Shown here piece after piece: positions 34,863 through 43,163 of a stretch of DNA of 64,000 nucleotides. The position numbers and the translations under genes were made by a program. The notes beneath the pieces are model-generated. The model was not told where the DNA came from. It ran no database searches and was given only the letters and a program-made list of their open reading frames with translations. How positions within the stretch are numbered: position 1 is the stretch's first letter; each line of letters begins with the position of its first letter. The DNA is from Desulfomicrobiaceae bacterium. GTDB taxonomy: Bacteria; Desulfobacterota; Desulfovibrionia; Desulfovibrionales; Desulfomicrobiaceae. Location: assembly GCA_041685265.1 (NCBI GenBank), contig JAWLGC010000005.1, forward strand, positions 178 to 64,177, in the 5' to 3' direction.

Positions 34863-36275
34863 ATGAATATCACCCTCACCCAGCAGGGAGAATGGCTGCA
34901 GGCGGATACCCAGACGCCCATCTCTCTGTACCTGAACCTGGTCGGAGCCAAAAAGGGCATCCTGCTGGAAAGTTCGGAAGTGGACGGGCGACTGGGCAGG
35001 TACAGCCTCATCGCCTGGGACTTCAAAATGACCCTGACCGCACGTGACGGCAGGCTGGACATGCACGTAACCGACCCGAGACTCGAGGGCCTGCTCGAGC
35101 ACCAGGGCGCTGAGTACCTGTCCGGTATCCGGAGCATTCTCAAGGACCTGACCGTCGCACCACCCGAGGACATTTCCGGTCTTCCGCCCATGACCCGCTC
35201 CCTGTGCGGTTTTTTCGCCTACAACACCGGCGGCATGTTCGAACCTGCTCTGGCCGAGGTTCTGCCGCCGGATCAGGCCGAGACCACCCTGGTCCTGCCC
35301 GGCCAGGTCATCCTGTTCGATCATCTCCACCACCGATGCTGCCATCTCTCCCTGGACGGCAGCAAAATCCGTTTCCGCCCCCGCCCCGGTCAGACCCCGG
35401 AGCCGACCTTCGGCCCGGTCACGGCTACCCCGACAAAAGAGGCCTTCATGGACGGTGTGCGCCGGGCGAAAGAACTCATCACCCAGGGTGAAGTCATCCA
35501 GATCGTCCTCTCCACCCAGTTCTCAACATCCTTTTCCGGGGACCCTTTTGAACTGTACCGCAGGCTGCGCCAGATCAACCCGTCGCCGTACACGTTTTAT
35601 ATGAACCTTCCGGACATCACCCTGCTCGGCTCATCCCCGGAGCTTATGGTCAAATGCACCGACGGCACCGTGGAGCTGCGCCCCATCGCCGGGACCCGGG
35701 TTCGGGGGGCTTCTCCGGCCGAAGACCGAGAACTGGGCGAAGACCTGCTGGCCGACCCCAAGGAACGGGCCGAGCATGTCATGCTCGTAGACCTCGGGCG
35801 TAACGACCTGGGGAGGGTGGCCCGCCCGGGGACGGTCAAACTGGATCAATACATGCAAGTGGAGATGTTCTCCCATGTCATGCACCTGACCTCCTACATC
35901 TCGGCCCTGGTCCGCCCGGAACTGGACGCCATCGATGTGCTCAAGGCCGCGTTCCCGGCCGGAACCGTGAGCGGGGCTCCCAAAATCCGGGCCATGCAGA
36001 TCATCGCCGAAAAGGAGACCGTGGATCGCGGGCCCTATGCCGGATGTATAGGCTGGCTGGGACTGGATTCGGACCAGGTCCAGATGGATACCGGAATCAC
36101 GATCCGGTCCCTGTGGATCAAGGATTCCACCCTGTACTGGCAGTCCGGTGCAGGCATCGTGTTCGATTCCGACCCCGAAAAGGAATGGCAGGAATGCCAC
36201 AACAAGTCCCGGGCCACGGTCCAGGCCATCAGCCAGAGAGGAGGCACCGATGATTTTGTGCATAGACAACTTTGA
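34863..36275 (+). CDS. trpE: Anthranilate synthase component I
   Basis: ORF 34758..36275, trimmed to MNITL (GGAG 7 nt upstream). 'GAPKIRAMQII', 'RGPYAGCIGW'. Confidence 0.93.
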   Translation: MNITLTQQGEWLQADTQTPISLYLNLVGAKKGILLESSEVDGRLGRYSLIAWDFKMTLTARDGRLDMHVTDPRLEGLLEHQGAEYLSGIRSILKDLTVAPPEDISGLPPMTRSLCGFFAYNTGGMFEPALAEVLPPDQAETTLVLPGQVILFDHLHHRCCHLSLDGSKIRFRPRPGQTPEPTFGPVTATPTKEAFMDGVRRAKELITQGEVIQIVLSTQFSTSFSGDPFELYRRLRQINPSPYTFYMNLPDITLLGSSPELMVKCTDGTVELRPIAGTRVRGASPAEDRELGEDLLADPKERAEHVMLVDLGRNDLGRVARPGTVKLDQYMQVEMFSHVMHLTSYISALVRPELDAIDVLKAAFPAGTVSGAPKIRAMQIIAEKETVDRGPYAGCIGWLGLDSDQVQMDTGITIRSLWIKDSTLYWQSGAGIVFDSDPEKEWQECHNKSRATVQAISQRGGTDDFVHRQL

Positions 36276-36861
36276 TTCCTTTACTTTCAACCTGGTTCAG
36301 GTTTTTCAGCAACTCGGAACCGATCCTGTTGTCCTTCGTAACAACGACCCCCGAATTCTGGACCTGGCCAGAGACCTGGCTCTCAGCGGCGTGATCATCT
36401 CCCCGGGCCCCGGGCACCCCAGGGATGCCGGATTGTGTCTGGAATTTCTGAAACGGCTTCCGCTCCACATCCCGGTCCTCGGGGTCTGCCTGGGACACCA
36501 GGTCCTCGGGGTGCATGCCGGAGCCGAGGTGTCCGGGGCCGGCCGGATCATGCACGGCAAGTCCTCACGCATCGAGCATGACGGGCAGGGGCTTTTTGCC
36601 GGACTGCCTCAAAACATGGAAGTGGCCCGGTATCATTCCCTTATCGTGCATGGAGACGGGGGCGACATCTTCGAGGTCACCTGCCGGACCGAATCCGGGG
36701 AACCCATGGGGCTCCGTTTTCTGGACCGCCCCTGGAGGGGAGTCCAGTTTCATCCGGAATCCATCCTGACCCCCCAGGGGCCCGGTCTCCTGGCCAACTT
36801 CCTGAACATGTGCAACGAACCGACCCAGGCCCCTCAACCGGGCCTGCAGGAGACAATATGA
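36250..36861 (+). CDS. trpG: Anthranilate synthase component II (glutamine amidotransferase)
   Basis: 'MILCIDNFDSFT', 'GVCLGHQ', 'VQFHPES'. Overlaps trpE by 26 nt. Confidence 0.93.
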   Translation: MILCIDNFDSFTFNLVQVFQQLGTDPVVLRNNDPRILDLARDLALSGVIISPGPGHPRDAGLCLEFLKRLPLHIPVLGVCLGHQVLGVHAGAEVSGAGRIMHGKSSRIEHDGQGLFAGLPQNMEVARYHSLIVHGDGGDIFEVTCRTESGEPMGLRFLDRPWRGVQFHPESILTPQGPGLLANFLNMCNEPTQAPQPGLQETI

Positions 36862-37859
36862 CCACCATTCATCAGACCCTGAACGACCTCGCCACAGGCA
36901 ACAACCTGGCTTCCGAACAGAGCCGGGAGATCTTCACCGCCCTGCTGACGGGCCGGCTGACCCCGGCCCAGAGCGGCGCCCTGCTCATGGGGCTGTCCGC
37001 CAAAGGGGAAACCCCGGATGAGCTCGGCGCGGCCGTGGACGCGGCCATGTCTCAGGCCCGCCTCGTGCCCGATCTCACCGGCAAGCGCATCGATACCTGC
37101 GGCACGGGCGGCGACGGCAAGAAGAGCTTCAACTGCTCGACCGCCGTGGCCCTGTTTCTGGCCGACCTCGGCCACCAGGTGGTCAAGCACGGCAACCGGG
37201 CCGTCTCCAGCCAGTGCGGATCGGCCGATGTGGTGGAGAGCCTGGGCTACCCCCTGGTGGACGACCCCGCCCTGGTGGCCGAGGAGCTGCGCAAACGGAA
37301 CTTCGTGTTTCTGTTCGCCCCCCACTTTCATCCCGCCTTCAAACATGTGGCTCCCATTCGCCAGGAACTCAGGATCCGGACCCTGTTCAACCTCATGGGC
37401 CCCCTTCTGAATCCGGCCGAGCCCACCCACCAGATCATCGGCATCCCCAATCCGCAGTTCGCCCCCATGCTGGCCAGGGTCCTGGTCAAGCGCAAGGAAC
37501 TGACTGCGGCCATCGTACATGGTGCAGGCGGCTTCGACGAAGTCACCCCGTGCGGCACCTCGAGCGTTCTCTACGTGGACCGGGGCAAGACCCGCTCCTG
37601 CTTCATCGTTCCCCGGGAGCTCGGTATCTCCCTGTGCAAGCCCGAAGAGCTGATCTGCCCCACCAAAAAAGAGGCCCTGGCCATGCAGACCGCCATCCTG
37701 ACCGGCAACGCCCCAAAAGCGGTCAAGGACATGGTCGCCCTGAACCTGGGGCTGGCCCTGCACCTCCTGGAAGACGACCTGACCCTCAAAGAGGGCGTGG
37801 ATCAGGCCCTGGAGGCCCTGAACTGCGGGCTGCGCCGGGGGAGCGAATATGCTGCTTGA
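36858..37859 (+). CDS. trpD: Anthranilate phosphoribosyltransferase
   Basis: 'DTCGTGGDG', 'KHGNRAVSS'. ATGA overlap with the trpG stop. Confidence 0.93.
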   Translation: MTTIHQTLNDLATGNNLASEQSREIFTALLTGRLTPAQSGALLMGLSAKGETPDELGAAVDAAMSQARLVPDLTGKRIDTCGTGGDGKKSFNCSTAVALFLADLGHQVVKHGNRAVSSQCGSADVVESLGYPLVDDPALVAEELRKRNFVFLFAPHFHPAFKHVAPIRQELRIRTLFNLMGPLLNPAEPTHQIIGIPNPQFAPMLARVLVKRKELTAAIVHGAGGFDEVTPCGTSSVLYVDRGKTRSCFIVPRELGISLCKPEELICPTKKEALAMQTAILTGNAPKAVKDMVALNLGLALHLLEDDLTLKEGVDQALEALNCGLRRGSEYAA

Positions 37860-38634
37860 TCGCTTCGCCGCCGCCAAGGAACCGGAGATCAGCGCTCTCA
37901 AGGCCCTCGAAACCATCGGCACCCTGCCCGTTCCCCTGTCCTGCGTGCGCCCTTCTTTTTCAGGGGCGCTGCGGGGCAGGGGCCCGGGGGCCGTCATCGC
38001 CGAGTACAAACGGGCCTCCCCGTCCAAAGGCGTCATCAACACAGAGCTCGGTCCCGAAGAGGTCACTGCGGCCTACAAAGCCGGCGGAGCAGCGGCCCTG
38101 TCCGTGCTTACCGAAGAGGAGCACTTTGCCGGGTCCCTTGAATACCTGAAGCCGGCTGCGAACACCGGGCTCCCCGTACTGCGCAAGGATTTCATCCTGC
38201 ACCCCCTGCAGATCCGGGCCACTGCCGCCACCGAGGCGTCGGCCCTGCTGCTTATCGCCCGGATGGTGGATACCGCCGAACAGCTTGCGGCCATGATCGC
38301 CCTCACCCAGGAGCTGGGCATGGAGGCCGTGGTGGAGATCTTTGACCAGGCCGACCTGGACAAGGCCGGAGCCGCCGGAGCAACCATTATCCAGGTCAAC
38401 AACCGGGACCTGGACACCCTGGCCATCGACCTGAACACCTCCCTGCAGTTCATCAAGCAGCGAAAGGATGGCGAGCTATGGATCGCGGCCAGCGGTATCA
38501 CCACTCCTGAAGACGCCGAAAAGATGCGGGCAGCCGGATTCGACGGACTGCTCATGGGCACGGTGCTCATGCAGAACGGCACTCCGGGCGAAACCCTGCG
38601 GACCTTCACGGCCGGAGCAACGGCAGATGGCTAG
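37849..38634 (+). CDS. trpC: Indole-3-glycerol phosphate synthase
   Basis: 'IAEYKRASPSKG', 'QVNNRDL'. Confidence 0.92.
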   Translation: MLLDRFAAAKEPEISALKALETIGTLPVPLSCVRPSFSGALRGRGPGAVIAEYKRASPSKGVINTELGPEEVTAAYKAGGAAALSVLTEEEHFAGSLEYLKPAANTGLPVLRKDFILHPLQIRATAATEASALLLIARMVDTAEQLAAMIALTQELGMEAVVEIFDQADLDKAGAAGATIIQVNNRDLDTLAIDLNTSLQFIKQRKDGELWIAASGITTPEDAEKMRAAGFDGLLMGTVLMQNGTPGETLRTFTAGATADG

Positions 38635-39265
38635 CCCGAAGATCCCGGAACACCGCCCCCTGATCAAGGTCTGCGGCATGACCCGGGCAGAGGATCTCAA
38701 GGCGTGCAGGGAGGCCGGAGTGGACCTGACCGGGTTCATCTTTCACCCGGGAAGCCCTCGATTCGTTACCCCGGAGCAGGCCGCCGGGCTGCCCCGGGTG
38801 GGACTGCGGGTAGGAGTGTTTGTTTCCCAGTCGGCGGAAGAAGTCCGGGAAATCATGAACACGGCCGACCTGGACCTGGCCCAGCTGCATGGAAAGCAGG
38901 ACAAGGAGTTCTGCAGGGCGGTAGGCAAAGACCGGGCCATCAGGGTGTTCTGGCCTGCCGGGTATGACTCGGTTAAAGAGTTGAACCGGGACCTGACGAG
39001 ATTCGCTCCGGTGTGCCGCATGTTTCTGCTGGACAGCGGTACCGGTGGAGGCGGACACGGGACGGCTATTGACTGGAGCGGATTACAAGGACTTGAGACA
39101 GAACGCCCCTGGCTGTTGGCGGGCGGGCTGACGCCCGGGACCGTTGCCGAGGCCCTGAGAACATGCAGCCCGGACGGACTGGACCTGAATTCGGGGCTGG
39201 AATCGTCGCCCGGATGCAAGGAGGCAGAATTGATCAGGACGGCTGTGAAGGCCTCCGGCAGGTAG
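38627..39265 (+). CDS. trpF: Phosphoribosylanthranilate isomerase
   Basis: ORF 38468..39265, trimmed to MASPKIP. 'IKVCGMT'. Overlaps the trpC stop. Confidence 0.88.
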   Translation: MASPKIPEHRPLIKVCGMTRAEDLKACREAGVDLTGFIFHPGSPRFVTPEQAAGLPRVGLRVGVFVSQSAEEVREIMNTADLDLAQLHGKQDKEFCRAVGKDRAIRVFWPAGYDSVKELNRDLTRFAPVCRMFLLDSGTGGGGHGTAIDWSGLQGLETERPWLLAGGLTPGTVAEALRTCSPDGLDLNSGLESSPGCKEAELIRTAVKASGR

Positions 39266-39311
39266 CATTTCACCTCTGGCCCACACAAACTCGCCAAACC
39301 AGGCCCCTCTT

Positions 39312-39380
39312 CCTTCGCGCCTCTTCGCGTCCTTCGCGGTAAGATTCTTTCACCGCGAAGGACGCGAAGGAATGCGAAGG
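39312..39380 (+). repeat. Long perfect hairpin built from CTTCGCG repeats between trpF and trpB
   Basis: CTTCGCGTCCTTCGCGGT (39323..39340), an 11-nt loop, then ACCGCGAAGGACGCGAAG (39352..39369): 18 bp perfect. Extended by CCTTCGC/GCGAAGG across an internal loop. No T tract. Confidence 0.8.
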
Positions 39381-39474
39381 GGGAATTTGAGCAGCGATGC
39401 GTAATTTCTGTTCGTTATAGAGCTGACGTCAATATTGCACTTTGACACCTTAACAACCAATTTCGAGAACAACC

Positions 39475-40704
39475 ATGACCTCTCAATCAAAAATCGAACG
39501 CTACTTCGGCCCCCACGGGGGGCGATATGTGCCCGAGATGCTGGTTCCGGCCCTTGAGGAACTCGAGGAAGCCTATGCGGCGGCCAAAGCCGATCCGCAG
39601 TTCCAGGCCGAACTGAACACCCTCTTCGCCACCTATTCCGGCCGCCCCACCCCCCTGACCTATGCAGGAAACCTCACCGAGGAACTCGGCGGGTGCAAAA
39701 TCTATCTGAAGATGGAAGGGCTCAATCACACCGGGGCTCACAAGATCAACAACGCCCTGGGCCAGGGTCTGCTGGCCAAGAAGATGGGGAAAAACCGGCT
39801 CATCGCCGAGACAGGTGCCGGCCAGCACGGCGTGGCCACGGCCACTGTGGCGGCCAAACTGGGCATGAAGTGCACCGTGTTCATGGGGGAAGTGGACATC
39901 CGCCGCCAGTACCCCAACGTCTATTCCATGAAACTCCTCGGAGCCGAAGTGGTCCCGGTCACCTCAGGGACGAAAACCCTCAAAGACGCGGTCAACGAGG
40001 CCCTCAAACACTGGATCGGCCACCTTGATGACACCCACTACCTGATCGGCTCGGCCCTCGGCCCCGCTCCGTATCCGGCCATGGTCCGGGATTTCCAGTC
40101 CGTGATCGGCAACGAGGCCCGTGCCCAGCTGCAGGAGGCCGAAGGTCGCCTTCCCGATCATCTCGTGGCCTGCGTGGGCGGCGGCTCCAACTCCATCGGG
40201 CTGTTCCATCCTTTCCTGCACGACACCAGGGTGGCCATGCACGGAGCCGAGGCAGGCGGACGCGGGGACGAACCCGGAGAACATGCGGCCCGGTTCCTCG
40301 ACCCCAAAATCGGCATCGTCCAGGGATACAAATCCTATTTTCTCCAGGACGAGCATGGACAGGTCCAGGCCACCCATTCCGTAAGCGCCGGCCTCGACTA
40401 CGCCGGAATCGGTCCGGAACTGGCCAGGCTGCAGGATATCGACCGGGTCGCCTTTACGGCCGTACGGGACACCGAGGCCCTGAGCGCGTTCAAACTCCTG
40501 TGCCGCACCGAAGGGATCATCCCGGCCCTGGAATCCTCCCACGCCGTGGCCCTGGCCTGCAGACTGGCACCCACCCGGCCCAAGGATGAGATCATGGTCG
40601 TGAACATCTCCGGCCGGGGTGACAAGGACATCTTCATCACGGCCAGGGCCCTGGACCGGGACAACTGGATCGAATTTCTTCGCTCGGAGGTGCAGTATGT
40701 GTAA
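39475..40704 (+). CDS. trpB: Tryptophan synthase beta chain
   Basis: 'HTGAHKINN', 'GGGSNSIG', 'AETGAGQHG'. Confidence 0.95.
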   Translation: MTSQSKIERYFGPHGGRYVPEMLVPALEELEEAYAAAKADPQFQAELNTLFATYSGRPTPLTYAGNLTEELGGCKIYLKMEGLNHTGAHKINNALGQGLLAKKMGKNRLIAETGAGQHGVATATVAAKLGMKCTVFMGEVDIRRQYPNVYSMKLLGAEVVPVTSGTKTLKDAVNEALKHWIGHLDDTHYLIGSALGPAPYPAMVRDFQSVIGNEARAQLQEAEGRLPDHLVACVGGGSNSIGLFHPFLHDTRVAMHGAEAGGRGDEPGEHAARFLDPKIGIVQGYKSYFLQDEHGQVQATHSVSAGLDYAGIGPELARLQDIDRVAFTAVRDTEALSAFKLLCRTEGIIPALESSHAVALACRLAPTRPKDEIMVVNISGRGDKDIFITARALDRDNWIEFLRSEVQYV

Positions 40705-41461
40705 CCCCCTTTCCGCTCTTTTTGAAAATGAGGCGCCGGTCCGGATCATGACCCATGTGGTGGCCGGATTTCCGGATCTGGACACGACCCGGCAGCTGGT
40801 CAAAACCATGGCCGCATGCGGCGTGAGCTGCATCGAGATCCAGATCCCTTTTTCCGACCCCCTGGCCGACGGCCCGACCATCATGAAGGCCAGCCAGCAT
40901 GCCCTGGACCATGGAGTCACCCCTAAGGACTGCTTTACCCTGGCCCGGGAATTGAGTGCCGAAGTCGACATACCGCTTCTGTTTATGACCTACGCCAACA
41001 TTCCCTACGCCATGGGGGTTGAAAAATTTGTGCGCCGGAGCGCGGAGGCCGGCATCAGGGGGCTGATCATCCCGGACATGGCCTTTGACGAAGAGAACTA
41101 CGCCCCGACGGCCAGGAAGCATGGACTGTGTCCGATCCAGGTTCTCTCTCCGACCATGCGGCAGGACAGACTACGGAAGATCCTTTCCCACGGTCACGGA
41201 TTCGTGTATACAACCCTGAAAACCGGAATCACCGGGGCCGGCAGTTCCATTGCCCATGAGGGCATCGAGTTCATACACCGGGTCAAGGAGCTTTCCAACC
41301 TGCCTGTAGCGGCCGGATTCGGAATTTCCGCCCCCGAGCATGTCCGTCAGGTCATGGAAGTGGCCGATATGGCCGTCATCGGCAGCCACGTCATCAACCT
41401 GTTTTCAAAACACGGCATGGAGGCGGTCTCCGAATTTCTGAAGGAATGTACCAAAAAGTGA
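40697..41461 (+). CDS. trpA: Tryptophan synthase alpha chain
   Basis: ORF 40619..41461, trimmed to MCNPL (overlaps the trpB stop). '[17 protein letters not shown]'. Confidence 0.9.
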   Translation: MCNPLSALFENEAPVRIMTHVVAGFPDLDTTRQLVKTMAACGVSCIEIQIPFSDPLADGPTIMKASQHALDHGVTPKDCFTLARELSAEVDIPLLFMTYANIPYAMGVEKFVRRSAEAGIRGLIIPDMAFDEENYAPTARKHGLCPIQVLSPTMRQDRLRKILSHGHGFVYTTLKTGITGAGSSIAHEGIEFIHRVKELSNLPVAAGFGISAPEHVRQVMEVADMAVIGSHVINLFSKHGMEAVSEFLKECTKK

Positions 41462-41622
41462 CGCAAAAAAGGGTGCTGGCCCAACAGATCCGGGCGCATT
41501 ATTTCAATTTTGTCAAAACCGACAAAAAATCCTTCCTTTTTGCACACATTTTTGTAAACTCAGTATGTTACCCGGAAGCACCGTTTCGAGCAACATTTTG
41601 AATTAAAAAAGAAATTAGAGGT

Positions 41623-41637
41623 TGGCCCGTTCTTTGT
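41623..41637 (+). promoter_or_regulatory. Weak candidate sigma54 (-24/-12) promoter of glnA
   Basis: TGGCCCGTTCTTTGT versus the consensus TGGCAC-N5-TTGC. The -12 element is GT rather than GC. Lies 62 nt upstream of the glnA ATG. Confidence 0.3.
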
Positions 41638-41698
41638 TACTTCAACACCAAGAACAGGCTTTTTTCCTTTGTGTCAAAAATCGCGGAGGATGTGGAGT

Positions 41699-43045
41699 AT
41701 GATCGAAACACCGGTTTTCAATTGCAAGAATGCGGACGATGTGCTCAAGGCGGTCAAGGACTACGATATCAGCTTTGTCCAGTTCTGGTTCGTGGATGTG
41801 CTGGGCACCCTGAAAAGCTTTCAGGTCACCCCCAACGAGCTGGAAGCCGCCTTTGAAGAGGGCATGGGCTTTGACGGGTCATCCATCGAAGGATTCGCCC
41901 GCATCCATGAAAGCGATATGGTCGCCTACCCGGACCCGAGCACGTTTCAACTGGTTTCCTGGCGGCCGACGGAGCGCCCGGTGGCCCGGATGTTCTGTGA
42001 CATCACCCAGCCCGACGGCACCCCGTACGAGGGCGACAGCCGGTATGTGCTGAAGCGCAACCTGCAGCGGGCCGCGGAAAAAGGGTATTCCTTCTATGTC
42101 GGTCCCGAACTTGAGTTCTTTTTGTTCGAAAACGACCGGGAGCCGAAAATCCTGGACCGCGGCGGATATTTTGATGCCCCGCCCCTGGACCTGGCCAACG
42201 ACATCCGCCGGGACATCATCTTCTCCCTGAACCGGATGGGCATTCAGGTCGAATACAGCCACCACGAAGTGGCCCCGAGCCAGCACGAAATCGACCTCAG
42301 GTACCAGGAGGCCCTGCGCATGGCCGACACGGCCATCACCTACCGGGTCATCGTCAAGGAATGCGCCCGCAAGCACGGGTGTTACGCCACCTTCATGCCC
42401 AAGCCCCTCTACGGAGAAAACGGTTCGGGCATGCATGTCCACCAGTCCCTGTTCAAAAACGGAAAAAACCTTTTTTTCGACGCCCATGACAAACACCACC
42501 TCAGCCATGAAGGTAAAGCCTATATCGCCGGACTGCTCAAGCACGCCGGGGAGTTGACTGCAATCTGCAACCAGTGGGTCAATTCCTACAAGCGGCTTGT
42601 GCCCGGCTACGAAGCCCCGGTGTACATCGCCTGGGCCATGCGCAACCGATCCTCCCTGGTCCGCATGCCCCTGTACAAACCGGGCAAGGAAGCGGCCACC
42701 CGCGTGGAACTGCGCTCTCCCGATCCGGCCGCCAACCCGTACCTGGCCTTCGCGGCCATGCTGGCTGCCGGACTGAAGGGAATCGAAGAAGGGTACACCC
42801 TGCCGGCCCCGGTGGAGGCCGATATCTTCGACATGGACACGGCAGAGCGCACGGCGCACGGCATCGAGAGCCTGCCCGGCTCCCTGCACGAAGCGGTCAC
42901 GGCCATGGAGCACAGCACCCTCATGCGTGAGGCCCTGGGCGACCATATCTTTGAAAAATTCATCGCCAACAAGCACCTGGAGTGGGACGAGTACCGCACC
43001 CAGATCACGTGCTTCGAACTTCAGAAATATCTGCCGCTTCTGTAG
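41699..43045 (+). CDS. glnA: Glutamine synthetase type I
   Basis: ORF 41669..43045, trimmed to MIETP (GGAGG 9 nt upstream). 'GSGMHVHQS', 'FMPKP', 'ELRSPD'. Confidence 0.94.
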   Translation: MIETPVFNCKNADDVLKAVKDYDISFVQFWFVDVLGTLKSFQVTPNELEAAFEEGMGFDGSSIEGFARIHESDMVAYPDPSTFQLVSWRPTERPVARMFCDITQPDGTPYEGDSRYVLKRNLQRAAEKGYSFYVGPELEFFLFENDREPKILDRGGYFDAPPLDLANDIRRDIIFSLNRMGIQVEYSHHEVAPSQHEIDLRYQEALRMADTAITYRVIVKECARKHGCYATFMPKPLYGENGSGMHVHQSLFKNGKNLFFDAHDKHHLSHEGKAYIAGLLKHAGELTAICNQWVNSYKRLVPGYEAPVYIAWAMRNRSSLVRMPLYKPGKEAATRVELRSPDPAANPYLAFAAMLAAGLKGIEEGYTLPAPVEADIFDMDTAERTAHGIESLPGSLHEAVTAMEHSTLMREALGDHIFEKFIANKHLEWDEYRTQITCFELQKYLPLL

Positions 43046-43163
43046 CCACTGAAAAGCGGCAGCAGCACTCTACGGCAGAACATCATGGTCCGGTTCGGGC
43101 GGCCAGGCCCGAACCGGTACCTTCTGCCAAACACCATTTCAAACCAACCCGGAGTACGACTCA

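Noticed and set aside
43031-43063. Hairpin CTGCCGCTT...AAGCGGCAG spanning the glnA stop, considered as a terminator
   Set aside because: No U tract follows it, and glnN starts 100 nt later. It is more likely a neutral or stabilising structure.
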